Positions 1 through 9,146 of a DNA stretch of 29,537 nucleotides are shown here, one piece after another (within the stretch, counting starts at the first letter, position 1; each line of letters begins with the position of its first letter). A model generated the notes under the pieces. That model was not told the DNA's origin and ran no database searches. It worked only from the letters and a program-made list of their open reading frames with translations. Source of the DNA: Armatimonadota bacterium (GTDB lineage Bacteria; Armatimonadota; UBA5829; DTLH01). The stretch is from assembly GCA_039680575.1 (NCBI GenBank), contig JBDKSP010000067.1, forward strand, positions 1 through 29,537, read 5' to 3'. The position numbers and the translations under genes were made by a program.

Positions 1-2
1 GT

Positions 3-146
3 CACGACCCGAGCTTATCATATTTCCAAGGTGCGAGCGTTGCTCGTTACTTAAATAGACTTGATGTTTCATACCTGTATATACGAGTACAGAAGCAAAA
101 TGATTCAACTTTACAGAACACTAGCCACAAATTGCAAATTGTTTAG
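3..146 (+). CDS. Possible 3' end of an upstream gene (partial, product unknown)
   Basis: Frame open from the window edge (HDPSLSYFQGASVARYLNRLDVSYLYIRVQKQNDSTLQNTSHKLQIV*) to TAG at 144-146, 17 nt before the next ATG, which is operon-like spacing. No recognisable motif. Confidence 0.35.
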   Translation, partial: HDPSLSYFQGASVARYLNRLDVSYLYIRVQKQNDSTLQNTSHKLQIV

Positions 147-163
147 AAGGATCATTAAAACAG

Positions 164-1307
164 ATGAGCGCGTATAAAATTCCGTTTAACAAACCGGGGC
201 TTACCGGCAAAGAACTTCATTACATTGCCCAAAGCATTCAGGACGGACACATATCCGGTGATGGTCTGTTTACAAAGAAGTGCAATGAAGCCTTACGCAA
301 GATACTTGGAACAAAAAGGCTCCTTCTGACCACGTCTTGCACACATGCACTTAGAAATGTCTGCACTGCTTCTTGATATTCAGCCAGGAGATGAGGTAAT
401 TGTCCCGTCATTTACATTTGTCACCACTGTAAATTCATATGTATTGCGCGGTGCGAAGCCTGTTTTTATAGATATCCGTAAGGATACCCTGAATATCGAT
501 GAAACGCAGATAGAATCATACATCACACCTCGTACAAAAGCCATTCTTCCGGTACATTATGCCGGAGTTGGATGCGAAATGAGCGTTATATGCGATATTG
601 CCAAACGTCATGGCGTAGCTGTTGTCGAAGACAATGCGCATGGCCTGTTCGGTAAGTACAAAGGCAATTGGCTTGGCTCATTTGGTTGTCTGGCAACCCA
701 GAGTTTCCATGAGACAAAGAACCTCTACTGCGGTGAAGGCGGAGCACTGTTAATAAATGACGATCGGCTCGCGGAGAGAGCGGAAATAATCAGAGAAAAG
801 GGAACGGACCGCAGTCGTTTCTTCCGTGGCCAAGTCGACAAGTACGGATGGGTGGATATCGGCAGCAGTTATCTGCCATCCGACATGCTGGCGGCTTTCC
901 TCTATGCACAGCTCGAGCACTGGGAGGATATTCAAAGCAAACGCAAACAGATTTGGGAAAACTACGATCAGGCATTCAGGGGCTGGGCGGAGAATTATAA
1001 TGTCAGGCTGCCTTATGTCCCCGAGCATTGCGACCAGTCTTATCACATGTATTACATGCTGATGCCTTCGTTCGAAGTTAGGACCAGATTCATCGATCAT
1101 CTGAAGAAGCAGGGCATCCTTTCCGTGTTCCATTACCTCCCGCTGCATCTCTCTGCAAAAGGTGTAGAACTCGGTGGCGATAAATACGATTGCCCCGTCA
1201 CTTGCGAGGTCAGCGATAGACTGGTGAGGCTGCCATTCTACAACGACATGACCAATGACGAGCAGGATACTGTGATATCGGCTATCAAGGAGTTTTTCAC
1301 GAAATAA
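164..1307 (+). pseudogene. wecE: dTDP-4-amino-4,6-dideoxygalactose transaminase (WecE/RffA, DegT/DnrJ family), frameshifted near 350
   Basis: ORF 164-376 (IPFNKP...GHISGDGLFTKKC...LLTTSCTHAL) and ORF 345-1307 (LEMSALLLDIQPGDEVIVPSFTF..., PLP-lysine motif SFHETKN, GEGGAL, IIREKGTDRSRFFRGQVDKYGWVDIGSSY) join into one WecE if one base is removed at GCA C TTA GAA ATG (347-359). AAGGA RBS upstream of 164. Confidence 0.85.
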
Positions 1308-1314
1308 CGACGCC

Positions 1315-1695
1315 ATGGATAAAACAAACTACTCTGCACTAACATACATAGGCCTTTGCATAATATTCACGGTGATAGGGCAGTTACTCGTCAAACACGG
1401 TGTTCTGCAGGTTAGCACATCCAAGACCATGACTGTTGGGCTGGTGAATTACATCTTGCGGACATTTACAAATGTATGGGTAATAATCGGCCTTCTAAGC
1501 GCCGTTGTAGCAGCAGTCGCATGGACGATGGCACTATCGCGCTGCCAGCTCAGCTTCGCTTATCCATTTATGGGGCTTGCTATTGTCCTTGTCCTGGCAT
1601 TGTCCGGAATTGTTTTCCAGGAGCATTCAACCATGACTCGATGGGTTGGTGTTCTGATAGTTTGTCTGGGGCTTTTCGTCGCTTCCCGTGGATAA
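1315..1695 (+). CDS. Small DMT/EamA-type membrane protein, ArnE/ArnF-like lipid-linked amino-sugar flippase subunit
   Basis: 126 aa with four hydrophobic helices and motifs GQLLVKHG, WTMALSRCQLSFAYPFMGL, FQE...RWVGVLIVCLG typical of SMR-like ArnE/F proteins. Starts 7 nt after the aminotransferase stop. Confidence 0.75.
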   Translation: MDKTNYSALTYIGLCIIFTVIGQLLVKHGVLQVSTSKTMTVGLVNYILRTFTNVWVIIGLLSAVVAAVAWTMALSRCQLSFAYPFMGLAIVLVLALSGIVFQEHSTMTRWVGVLIVCLGLFVASRG

Positions 1696-1730
1696 TTGTT
1701 ATAATAGTGCGGCTCTGTCTTGAGCTTAAG

Positions 1731-1768
1731 CAAAAACGGGGTTATCTTTTGAGACAACCCCGTTTTTG
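1731..1768. terminator. Bidirectional intrinsic terminator
   Basis: CAAAAACGGGGTT-N12-AACCCCGTTTTTG, a perfect 13-bp inverted repeat with A/T tracts on both sides, between convergent stops at 1695 and 1777. Confidence 0.85.
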
Positions 1769-1776
1769 TATTTCTA

Positions 1777-4700
1777 TCAGTCCTTACATACCGAGATAGC
1801 CATTATATGGATATTGGTATTGTTCGGCAGCGTCAGGTTTTTTGCACCTTTTGGAGCATCAACATAGAAAGTATAGAGATATGAGTAGCTGTAAGTCATG
1901 TTTTTACCATCTTTGTTGTGCCTGTGCGAGCTGAACCACGATACCTGCGCGTCCTTTACATAGCTCGGGGCTATTTTCTCTAAATCCGGTGCGGGAGAGC
2001 CATCGCGAGGCGAACTCTTCCACACTCTATTATCCCACTGGCCTATATATCCGCCCCAATCCTGAATGTCGAGATTCGTTTTCTCGCCGTCAACATCGAA
2101 AAGCGCCGACTGGTCGCCGTCTGACCCGGCTGCGAGTATCGCTATCTTCCTAATATCACCCTTCGGAAGAGCGATTGTCTGCCCCTTGCACGTAACGGAG
2201 TTAGGTTTACCGTCACTTATGTGCTGCAGCTTGTAGGTCACAGCGCCGTCGGTTATTACATCCGGCAGCATCTCGGCAGCAAGACAGATACCGCCTGCGT
2301 CGAACCCACCCGATGATTTTTCGCCGTCGCAAGAGGTCACGCACTTATCATACGGAAGGTCTACGCTCTGGCATGCCGGTTTCTGTGTCTTGCATTTCGG
2401 CTGGCCGAGCTTGACTGCAAAAGTCCGAATACTATATGCATTCAGATCGGTCGTCAGTTTGCCGTCCAACACTGTTGCAGTCCCAACCGGCAGTTCCTGG
2501 CCGTTTACCTCGCGGGCGGAGACCACTTTACCGGCAAACTCGACATGGACGTTCTTTACAGGCGCGCCGGTTGTCTCGACAACCCTCACTACGATCTCAT
2601 CGCTTTCCTCGGCCTTTTTGACCGCCATGACTTTGACATTTGGGCAGCTCACATGCATAAACGATATAGATTTGCCCAATTTGCCGGTGTGCTTATCGGA
2701 TTCAAAAGACATGAGCGGCTGCTCAAAGCTGAGCGCTTGCCAGTCTGCTTGAGAACTGCGCCAGTCGTTCTTGTGTCCGACAAGCGCGAATTTGATGTTG
2801 TGATACCCCCAATCCTGAGTAGACTGGTCGCAAAATTCTTTCTTTACTCCAGGGGTGATGAGCATTGTAAGCCTGAGCGTAGAATCGTCCGGTTTATCGG
2901 AGCCATATTTAAATGGAGAAAGCACGGTGACGCCATAGTCGCCCTTGGTGTCCGTAAGGTCGAACCACTGATGCGAGGGCACTTCATATTTCTTCGGATA
3001 ATTATTACCGCGCTCAATCGTACCGACTCCCCAGTTGTACGTTGCCATTGGATTTGAAACCGTTAAGGGAAATACCGATTTCAGGATGCATTCCTTGCTT
3101 CGCCAGTTTATAGAGTTGGATACTTCTACGCGGTTACCTGCGCTGCCGCTCGAAAGGCTGACCGTCTGACTGAATGTCGATCCTTCTCTCTCCCGCTCGA
3201 CTTCTACAGCCACTCTCACCGGCCCGTTTTCTACGATTTTTATCTTAACAGGACCAGCTACATAATCACGCGGCGCTGCACTCTGGTCTTTCCAGTCGAT
3301 ATTCCAGGCTGGCCATTCACGCGGATTATCGGTTATAAATGCTAGCCTGATCGGTGAGGACAGCATCTCACGGCCTGCGAGTTTGTCGTATATGCTGGAA
3401 ATGTCGCCGTTTTCGTCCAGAGCGACCCGGTATCTGGCATTTTCCAGAGACTTTTCTGTAACGGAAAGATCATTCTCAGCCGCACTCTGAGCATCAGTAG
3501 GGCGGACATCGTAGACTGCAAACCCTACTGATGGCACTTTGGCTATAAATATCACTGTCAGATTGTCACCTTCGCGCTCGATTACCTGCGAAGGTGTTAC
3601 CTTACCGTCCGGTCCGACTACTTTTACCGCGTTTACTGAACCAACAGATTTGACCATTGCCTTAACGACGTCTTCGCGGTCGACAGACAGTGGATTATAT
3701 ACAACCACAGCCCGGCCTTCCGCGCTGGTGTCCAGTTCTGAGGAAATCGAATCGGCTGCCTGGCAAAGCACATTCGTGAACTGGTTTATGGCCAGAATTT
3801 CGTCATTCCAGGAATACTCGTAGGCCTTTGGCACCGATGTTCCGGGAAGGATGTCGTGGAATTGGCCGCCCATCACGAGCGTCCATGCGTCATTGAGTTT
3901 CTTTTGCTGATAATGAAGCCCTCCCAGCCAGTTCGCGGCGACGGATGCTCTCTCCGCGCTGTCACCAAGGATCTCATTCATACGGTTTAGCTTCTTTATG
4001 TATGCTTGAGAGGTAATCGAAGCTGCCGAATGCTCGGTAAGGAGCAGGTCACCTTTGTATTGATGGAGTTTATCTTTCTTCGCACCTATGTCCATGAACA
4101 TCTGGTCGGCCTTGGACGAGATGACCTTTACCGGACCGTCGCTCTTTACGGATGTTTCGACCCATTTGACTGAATCTTCATGCGGCGCTCCGCCTGTGTC
4201 ACCTATTCCATAGTACTTATAATCAGCGAAGACACCGCTGGATTTGCCGTTTTCATCAATGCGTTTGAGCCATTTATCATCCTTGGACAGGTCTCCTTCG
4301 ACTTTGCTTATGTAGCATCCAGGGTTAAACGCGGCGATTACAGATGAACCATCTAAGCCTTCCCATAACCCCACATTGAAAGGGATTCCGACTATCGATC
4401 CCCAGGTAAGTTTTTGAGAGGAGAATCCTGTGACTCCGCAGTGCGATAGCAGTTCCGGCAGCGATGCCGGAAACCCGAAACAATCGGGGATCATAAACTC
4501 GTTGCTTGCTACTCCGAACTCTTTTCTGAAATAGTGATTTCCGTAGAGTACCTGGCGTATAATGGACTCGGCTGAGGTTGCCAGCACATCGCACTCTTCC
4601 ATAGACGAACCGCACGGGAACCATCGTCCCATCGAGATGTAATGCTTCACCTTCTCATAATCCGAGGGATAGTATTCTTTTATCATCCGGTAACGGTTTG

Positions 4701-4956
4701 CGCCGCTGAAGTTGAATACATAGTCAGGATATTTCTCAATCAGACTGAAGTTGTCGTGCAGAGTATGCGGAATATACACGTTGATAGTATCCACATAGCT
4801 CCACCGCCACTGGGTGTCCAGATGAGAATACCCTACCGTATAAAGTGTGTGTCCGGCGGAGAGGTCGATTGAAGGTAATTTCACCTCTGATGCAATTACA
4901 GCCGTAGCCAGCCACGATATAGCGGCAAGCGCTGCTAAAAGGTATACATGCTTCAT
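1777..4956 (-). CDS. GH38 alpha-mannosidase, secreted (Sec signal peptide), with extra C-terminal domain
   Basis: Signal-peptide-like N-terminus MKHVYLLAALAAISWLATAVIA. GH38 Zn motif GYSHLDTQWRW, nucleophile region IPDCFG, GQFHDILPGTS, and C-terminal GH38 beta-domain motifs (YEVPSHQWFDL, KKAEESDEIVVRVVE). Confidence 0.92.
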   Translation of the reverse strand: MKHVYLLAALAAISWLATAVIASEVKLPSIDLSAGHTLYTVGYSHLDTQWRWSYVDTINVYIPHTLHDNFSLIEKYPDYVFNFSGANRYRMIKEYYPSDYEKVKHYISMGRWFPCGSSMEECDVLATSAESIIRQVLYGNHYFRKEFGVASNEFMIPDCFGFPASLPELLSHCGVTGFSSQKLTWGSIVGIPFNVGLWEGLDGSSVIAAFNPGCYISKVEGDLSKDDKWLKRIDENGKSSGVFADYKYYGIGDTGGAPHEDSVKWVETSVKSDGPVKVISSKADQMFMDIGAKKDKLHQYKGDLLLTEHSAASITSQAYIKKLNRMNEILGDSAERASVAANWLGGLHYQQKKLNDAWTLVMGGQFHDILPGTSVPKAYEYSWNDEILAINQFTNVLCQAADSISSELDTSAEGRAVVVYNPLSVDREDVVKAMVKSVGSVNAVKVVGPDGKVTPSQVIEREGDNLTVIFIAKVPSVGFAVYDVRPTDAQSAAENDLSVTEKSLENARYRVALDENGDISSIYDKLAGREMLSSPIRLAFITDNPREWPAWNIDWKDQSAAPRDYVAGPVKIKIVENGPVRVAVEVEREREGSTFSQTVSLSSGSAGNRVEVSNSINWRSKECILKSVFPLTVSNPMATYNWGVGTIERGNNYPKKYEVPSHQWFDLTDTKGDYGVTVLSPFKYGSDKPDDSTLRLTMLITPGVKKEFCDQSTQDWGYHNIKFALVGHKNDWRSSQADWQALSFEQPLMSFESDKHTGKLGKSISFMHVSCPNVKVMAVKKAEESDEIVVRVVETTGAPVKNVHVEFAGKVVSAREVNGQELPVGTATVLDGKLTTDLNAYSIRTFAVKLGQPKCKTQKPACQSVDLPYDKCVTSCDGEKSSGGFDAGGICLAAEMLPDVITDGAVTYKLQHISDGKPNSVTCKGQTIALPKGDIRKIAILAAGSDGDQSALFDVDGEKTNLDIQDWGGYIGQWDNRVWKSSPRDGSPAPDLEKIAPSYVKDAQVSWFSSHRHNKDGKNMTYSYSYLYTFYVDAPKGAKNLTLPNNTNIHIMAISVCKD

Positions 4957-4977
4957 CCTAATAATTCTTCTGTCCTT

Positions 4978-7500
4978 TCAAATACTGGTATTGGGAGGGT
5001 TCAGCTCCGATATAAGGCAGGCAAGTATCTCTTCCCGGTCTTCAGCTGAAATAAGATGCTGCCTGAAATCTTCATCCATCAGCTTTCTGGCAAGATTCGA
5101 GAAAATGCGCATATGCACGTTGTCTTTATCAGATTCGCGCATCGCAAGGAGTATTACAAAGCTCACCGGCTTATCGTCTATCGATCCCCATTCGATAGGC
5201 TGCTTGAGCTTCAAAACGGCAAGCGAGTTTGCCTTCAGTATGTCCGTTTTGCAATGAGGAATTGCAAAACCGTAGCCCAGGCCCGTGGAATACATAGCTT
5301 CCCGTGCCCATACTGCATCTTCGAGATCATCGCAGGAGTCCGTACGCCCGGTGATATATAGCAGGTCGGCAAGTTCCTTTATAGCTTCTTCTTTCGAGCG
5401 GCTGTCAGAGTCCGAAACTATGAGATTCACGTCAAAAAGCGGCTGATCGCCTAGTTTTGCTTTGAACTTACTCAATAATGACTCGACTTCCGATGTACTT
5501 GCGCATGAAACAACCGATTCCAGCAGTTGCCTGCATTCAAGTGTATTCAAAGAAGAAACAACTTCTCGAACCGCAGGAATATTCGGAGCTGACAAGCTGA
5601 TCTCATCCAGCCCCAGACCGGCCAGAAGAGGCATATTTTCGACCTTACCGGCCATTTCGCCGCATACCCCAACCCATTTGCCGCGCCGGCGGGCACTATC
5701 CGCGACGGATTTCAACAGCCGAAGAAAAGCAGGATGCTTTTCATTGTAAATTGACGATACTTTCGGGTTTCCGCGCTCGGCTGCCATAAAATACTGGCAG
5801 AGGTCATTGGTCCCTATGCTGAAGAAATCGACGACTTCGCACAGCTTGTCTATCATCATTGCAGCCGATGGAACCTCGACCATCACCCCGACCGGCATAT
5901 CTCGGTCATACTCGATGCCGTCCTTGTCAAAGCTCGATTGGACATCGCGGATCAATCCTGCAAACCACTTTGCTTCATCGACCGACGAGACCATCGGAGC
6001 CATCACTTTCAAATGCCCATGAGCCGATGCCCGCACAATCGCACGGATCTGGTTGGTGATGGTCTCGATATTGTCTTGATACAATCTTATCCCGCGGCAT
6101 CCAAGGAATGGGTTCGCTTCAGCGGTTTGGTTAAGATAAGGGAGAGGCTTATCGCCGCCAGCATCTAGCGTTCTTATCGTGACAGGTTTTCCGCCCATCG
6201 CCCGCGCGACTTGAGCGTATATCTCGAACTGCTCTTCTTCTGAAGGAGGATCCGGCTTTTCTGAGAACAACATCTCGGTGCGGAAGAGCCCTATGCCTTC
6301 CCCACCGTTTGCGAGAACGTTCTCCACTTCGGAGCCGGTCGCTATATTAGACGCGATCTCTATTCGCGCGCCGTCGCTCGTCACAACAGGAAGATCACTG
6401 CACTTTGCGATGCGTGTCCGGCGGCTTGTCTGTTTTTTGATCTCTCTTTCGTAAAACCTGCGAACGTTTTCATCCACCGGAAAGACGGCCATGCATCGGT
6501 CTGCGTCTAATACGATATCTCGGTCCCCTACCCGCGTGCATGCATTGGGAATTCCGGTAATCGTTGGGATTCCGAACGAGCGGGCGAGAATTACCGCATG
6601 TGAGGTAGCTCCTGCTTGTTCGAGGATAAGACCGCGCAGAAGATTTCTATCGAGCGAAAGTAATTGCCTGGGAGCGAGGCTTTCCGCAACTAAAACAGAT
6701 GGTTCAGTGAGCACAGCTTCCTGCTGTTCCGATAAAGCACAGTTCATACTCTCCAAAAGCTGTAAACCAATGTCACGCAGGTCGATGGCGCGCTCGCGGA
6801 GGTATTCGCTTTCCATAGTCTCGAATTTCGCCGCGAACTTCTCTACGGTCTCGGCTACTGCCCTGCCCGCTGTCAACCCGCTGTCTATCAGGCCTGTCAT
6901 CTCTCTGATGAACTCCACGTCATTTGCAATTGCAAGATGGGCGCGCAGCACGGCGCTTTCTACTGGGTTTTGCGTATTCGCGAGTAACACTTCAATATCC
7001 GACCGTACGCTGCTTATTGCTGATTCGAGCTTCTTTCTCTCGGCATCAGGGCTTTCCGGGGACACTGGGTAATCTATTTGCAAGGCAAGGCTCTTTACCG
7101 ATACGGCTTTACCTATCCCGATCCCGCCGCATGCCACATTCCCCGGCAGAAAGTTGATATTCAGACCTTTGAGCAGCCTGGGGATTTTGATCTCACCCTG
7201 CGATTCGGTTTCGGGAAGCGGCTCATCACATCCGGGAAGCGTATTTTTGATGAATTCAACCACTGCCGCATGCGCTTTATCTTCATCATCGCCCGAAAGC
7301 ATGATACAGCAGCAGTCGTTATTCCTTATGTCGGCGCTTATGAGATCCAGCACACTCGCAGCGTTGGCATCATGACCATTACGCTCATTTACGAGCATTG
7401 CATGCGATCTATAGCCTCCGACCACCTCGGCAAACAGGCTCGCGGGACGCGCATGCATGCCATTTGGCAGAGGGCAGATAAAAGTGTATTCCAGTGACAT
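4978..7500 (-). CDS. ptsA: Multiphosphoryl transfer protein HPr-Enzyme I-EIIA(Fru), PtsA(FrwA)/FryA-like
   Basis: HPr phospho-His motif CPLPNGMHARPAS. EI motifs GATSHAVILARSFGIP, GIGLFRTEMLF, RTLDAGGDK, EANPFLGCRGIR, FFSIGTNDLCQY, GVCGEMAG. C-terminal EIIA motif STGLGYGFAIPHC. Domain order and length match E. coli PtsA/FryA. Confidence 0.92.
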   Translation of the reverse strand: MSLEYTFICPLPNGMHARPASLFAEVVGGYRSHAMLVNERNGHDANAASVLDLISADIRNNDCCCIMLSGDDEDKAHAAVVEFIKNTLPGCDEPLPETESQGEIKIPRLLKGLNINFLPGNVACGGIGIGKAVSVKSLALQIDYPVSPESPDAERKKLESAISSVRSDIEVLLANTQNPVESAVLRAHLAIANDVEFIREMTGLIDSGLTAGRAVAETVEKFAAKFETMESEYLRERAIDLRDIGLQLLESMNCALSEQQEAVLTEPSVLVAESLAPRQLLSLDRNLLRGLILEQAGATSHAVILARSFGIPTITGIPNACTRVGDRDIVLDADRCMAVFPVDENVRRFYEREIKKQTSRRTRIAKCSDLPVVTSDGARIEIASNIATGSEVENVLANGGEGIGLFRTEMLFSEKPDPPSEEEQFEIYAQVARAMGGKPVTIRTLDAGGDKPLPYLNQTAEANPFLGCRGIRLYQDNIETITNQIRAIVRASAHGHLKVMAPMVSSVDEAKWFAGLIRDVQSSFDKDGIEYDRDMPVGVMVEVPSAAMMIDKLCEVVDFFSIGTNDLCQYFMAAERGNPKVSSIYNEKHPAFLRLLKSVADSARRRGKWVGVCGEMAGKVENMPLLAGLGLDEISLSAPNIPAVREVVSSLNTLECRQLLESVVSCASTSEVESLLSKFKAKLGDQPLFDVNLIVSDSDSRSKEEAIKELADLLYITGRTDSCDDLEDAVWAREAMYSTGLGYGFAIPHCKTDILKANSLAVLKLKQPIEWGSIDDKPVSFVILLAMRESDKDNVHMRIFSNLARKLMDEDFRQHLISAEDREEILACLISELNPPNTSI

Positions 7501-7503
7501 GAA

Positions 7504-7803
7504 TTACTCGGCAAGTTTAGCAAATATCGACTTTGGGTCCTTCAGCGCAAGCTGGACCGGGACTTCTACAATCTTGATTCCGTTGAATCTCTGTCTTTCC
7601 TCGACTTCTATATCGACCGCAAATAACGCGACATCGGCGTTTTTGATATCATCGGCAGTGAGCTCGTTCTCGATTCCCATTGCGCCCTGTGTCTCGACCT
7701 TTATCTTGTGGCCAAGCTCCTTACCGACCTTTTCAAGCTGCGCAGCGGCCATATATGTGTGTGCAATGCCCGTAGGACATGCGGTAACAGCTACTATATT
7801 CAT
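7504..7803 (-). CDS. frwB: PTS fructose-family EIIB component (FrwB-like)
   Basis: IVAVTACPTGIAHTYMAA phospho-Cys motif and KVETQGAMGIENELT. 99-aa stand-alone EIIB with AGGAGG RBS. Confidence 0.9.
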   Translation of the reverse strand: MNIVAVTACPTGIAHTYMAAAQLEKVGKELGHKIKVETQGAMGIENELTADDIKNADVALFAVDIEVEERQRFNGIKIVEVPVQLALKDPKSIFAKLAE

Positions 7804-7824
7804 ATTTTGACCTCCTTTGATAAT

Positions 7825-7946
7825 AAGAGTTTAAAGTTGATAATTACAACGTCATACTGAACTGCCAAAACGTCATGCTGAACTTGATTCAGCATCCAGT
7901 GGACCCTGAATCAAGTTCAGGGTGACGTCTACCGTTCAGAATGACG
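7825..7946. repeat. CGTC-tagged REP-like palindromic cluster, copy 1
   Basis: Units CGTCATGCTGAACTTGATTCAGCATCCA (7871-7898) and inverted TGGACCCTGAATCAAGTTCAGGGTGACG (7900-7927), flanked by half units CGTCATACTGAAC (7850-7862) and GTTCAGAATGACG (7934-7946). Homologous to 21085-21299, including the leader AAGAGTTTAAAGTTGATAATTACAA. Confidence 0.85.
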
Positions 7947-7968
7947 TGATATTCGTAGTCTAAAATAC

Positions 7969-9045
7969 TCAGACAGATGCCTTCTGTTCCGTCTCTATTT
8001 CAGTCTTCGAATTCTTGCGGTTTACAAGAGCTTTAAGCGTGTTGATAAGCAGTGCGGTCACGAAAGTGCCGGCTAAAATCGCTATTACATACATCAGACG
8101 ATGGTCTACAACAGGAAGCACGATCGGCCCGCCATGGGGAGCATGGTCACCGACTCCGCCAAGCATAGCAATCACTGAAGCTACTGCTGACCCGCACATA
8201 ATGCAAGGTATCACTCTGAACGGATCGGATGCCGCAAACGGAATAGCACCTTCCGTAATGCCTATCAACCCCATCGCAAGGCTCGCAACTCCGGCTTCGT
8301 GTTCTTCATCGCTCCAGAGACGCTTGTTTAAGAGCGTCGCAAGCCCCAGTCCAAGCGGAGGAGTGCAGATAGCGGCGGCGCAAGCCCCCATTACGGCAAA
8401 ATTGCCTTCTTTTATCATTGCAGCCCCGAAGAAAAATGCAGCCTTGTTGACCGGCCCGCCCATATCGAAGGCAATCATTGTTCCGAGGATTATTGCAAGG
8501 ACGACCGCATTGCCGGTGCCCATCTGTTTGAGCCACTCAGCGAGGAAAGTCATCAGGTTTGCGATTGGAATGCCTAAAACTTTGAGCATCAACACGCCGA
8601 TTATGAGTGATGAGAATATCGGAATTATCAAAATCGGCATGATGGGCTTCAAATATTTAGGGACGGGCAGCTTTTTGATGAGATTGACAACATAACCTGC
8701 GATCAATCCGGCTATCAGTGCGCCGAGAAATCCCGCTTTTACTTCGCCTGCGAGATAACCTCCCACAAACCCTGCAACAAGTCCTGGCCTGTTTGCCATA
8801 GCATAGGCAATATAACCCGCCAGTATAGGCAACAATAATGCAAAAGCAGCGCCGCCTATATCATTGATGAGTTTCAGATTTGGGGAATGGGAAAAATCAG
8901 GCCCAGTGGCGGTCATCGGAGCAAACGCAATCGAAAACGCTATCATAATACCGCCGCATGCCACAAACGGAATGGCATGTGAAACACCAGTCAGTAGGTA
9001 TTGTTTGATCTTCTTCAGATTCTCTACCACACTATCGGATGACAT
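7969..9045 (-). CDS. frwC: PTS fructose-family EIIC component (FrwC-like)
   Basis: LLTGVSHAIPFVACGG, AGFLGALIAG, MIAFDMGGPVNKAA, PPLGLGLAT, GITEGAIPFAASDP. Stand-alone 358-aa EIIC with AAGGAG RBS. Confidence 0.9.
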   Translation of the reverse strand: MSSDSVVENLKKIKQYLLTGVSHAIPFVACGGIMIAFSIAFAPMTATGPDFSHSPNLKLINDIGGAAFALLLPILAGYIAYAMANRPGLVAGFVGGYLAGEVKAGFLGALIAGLIAGYVVNLIKKLPVPKYLKPIMPILIIPIFSSLIIGVLMLKVLGIPIANLMTFLAEWLKQMGTGNAVVLAIILGTMIAFDMGGPVNKAAFFFGAAMIKEGNFAVMGACAAAICTPPLGLGLATLLNKRLWSDEEHEAGVASLAMGLIGITEGAIPFAASDPFRVIPCIMCGSAVASVIAMLGGVGDHAPHGGPIVLPVVDHRLMYVIAILAGTFVTALLINTLKALVNRKNSKTEIETEQKASV

Positions 9046-9146
9046 CTGTTGAGCTCCTTAGATTACATGCTATAATTATAATCACGTAATCCGGCTACCG
9101 ATGTCAATGATGCCGGGTTGCATTTATTGTATTATTGTGACATGCG

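Noticed and set aside
340..360. Programmed ribosomal frameshift or phase variation in wecE
   Set aside because: There is no slippery heptamer, homopolymer or tandem repeat at the break.
7825..7946. CRISPR array interpretation of the repeated CGTCAT.CTGAA units (also at 21085-21299)
   Set aside because: The units are inverted and nested rather than direct repeats with unique ~30-40 nt spacers, and no cas genes are present.
9061..9107. Canonical sigma-70 promoter for the PTS operon (TTGACA...TATAAT on the minus strand)
   Set aside because: The two hexamers are 21 nt apart, too far to call as a pair. The TATAAT may still serve as an activator-dependent -10.
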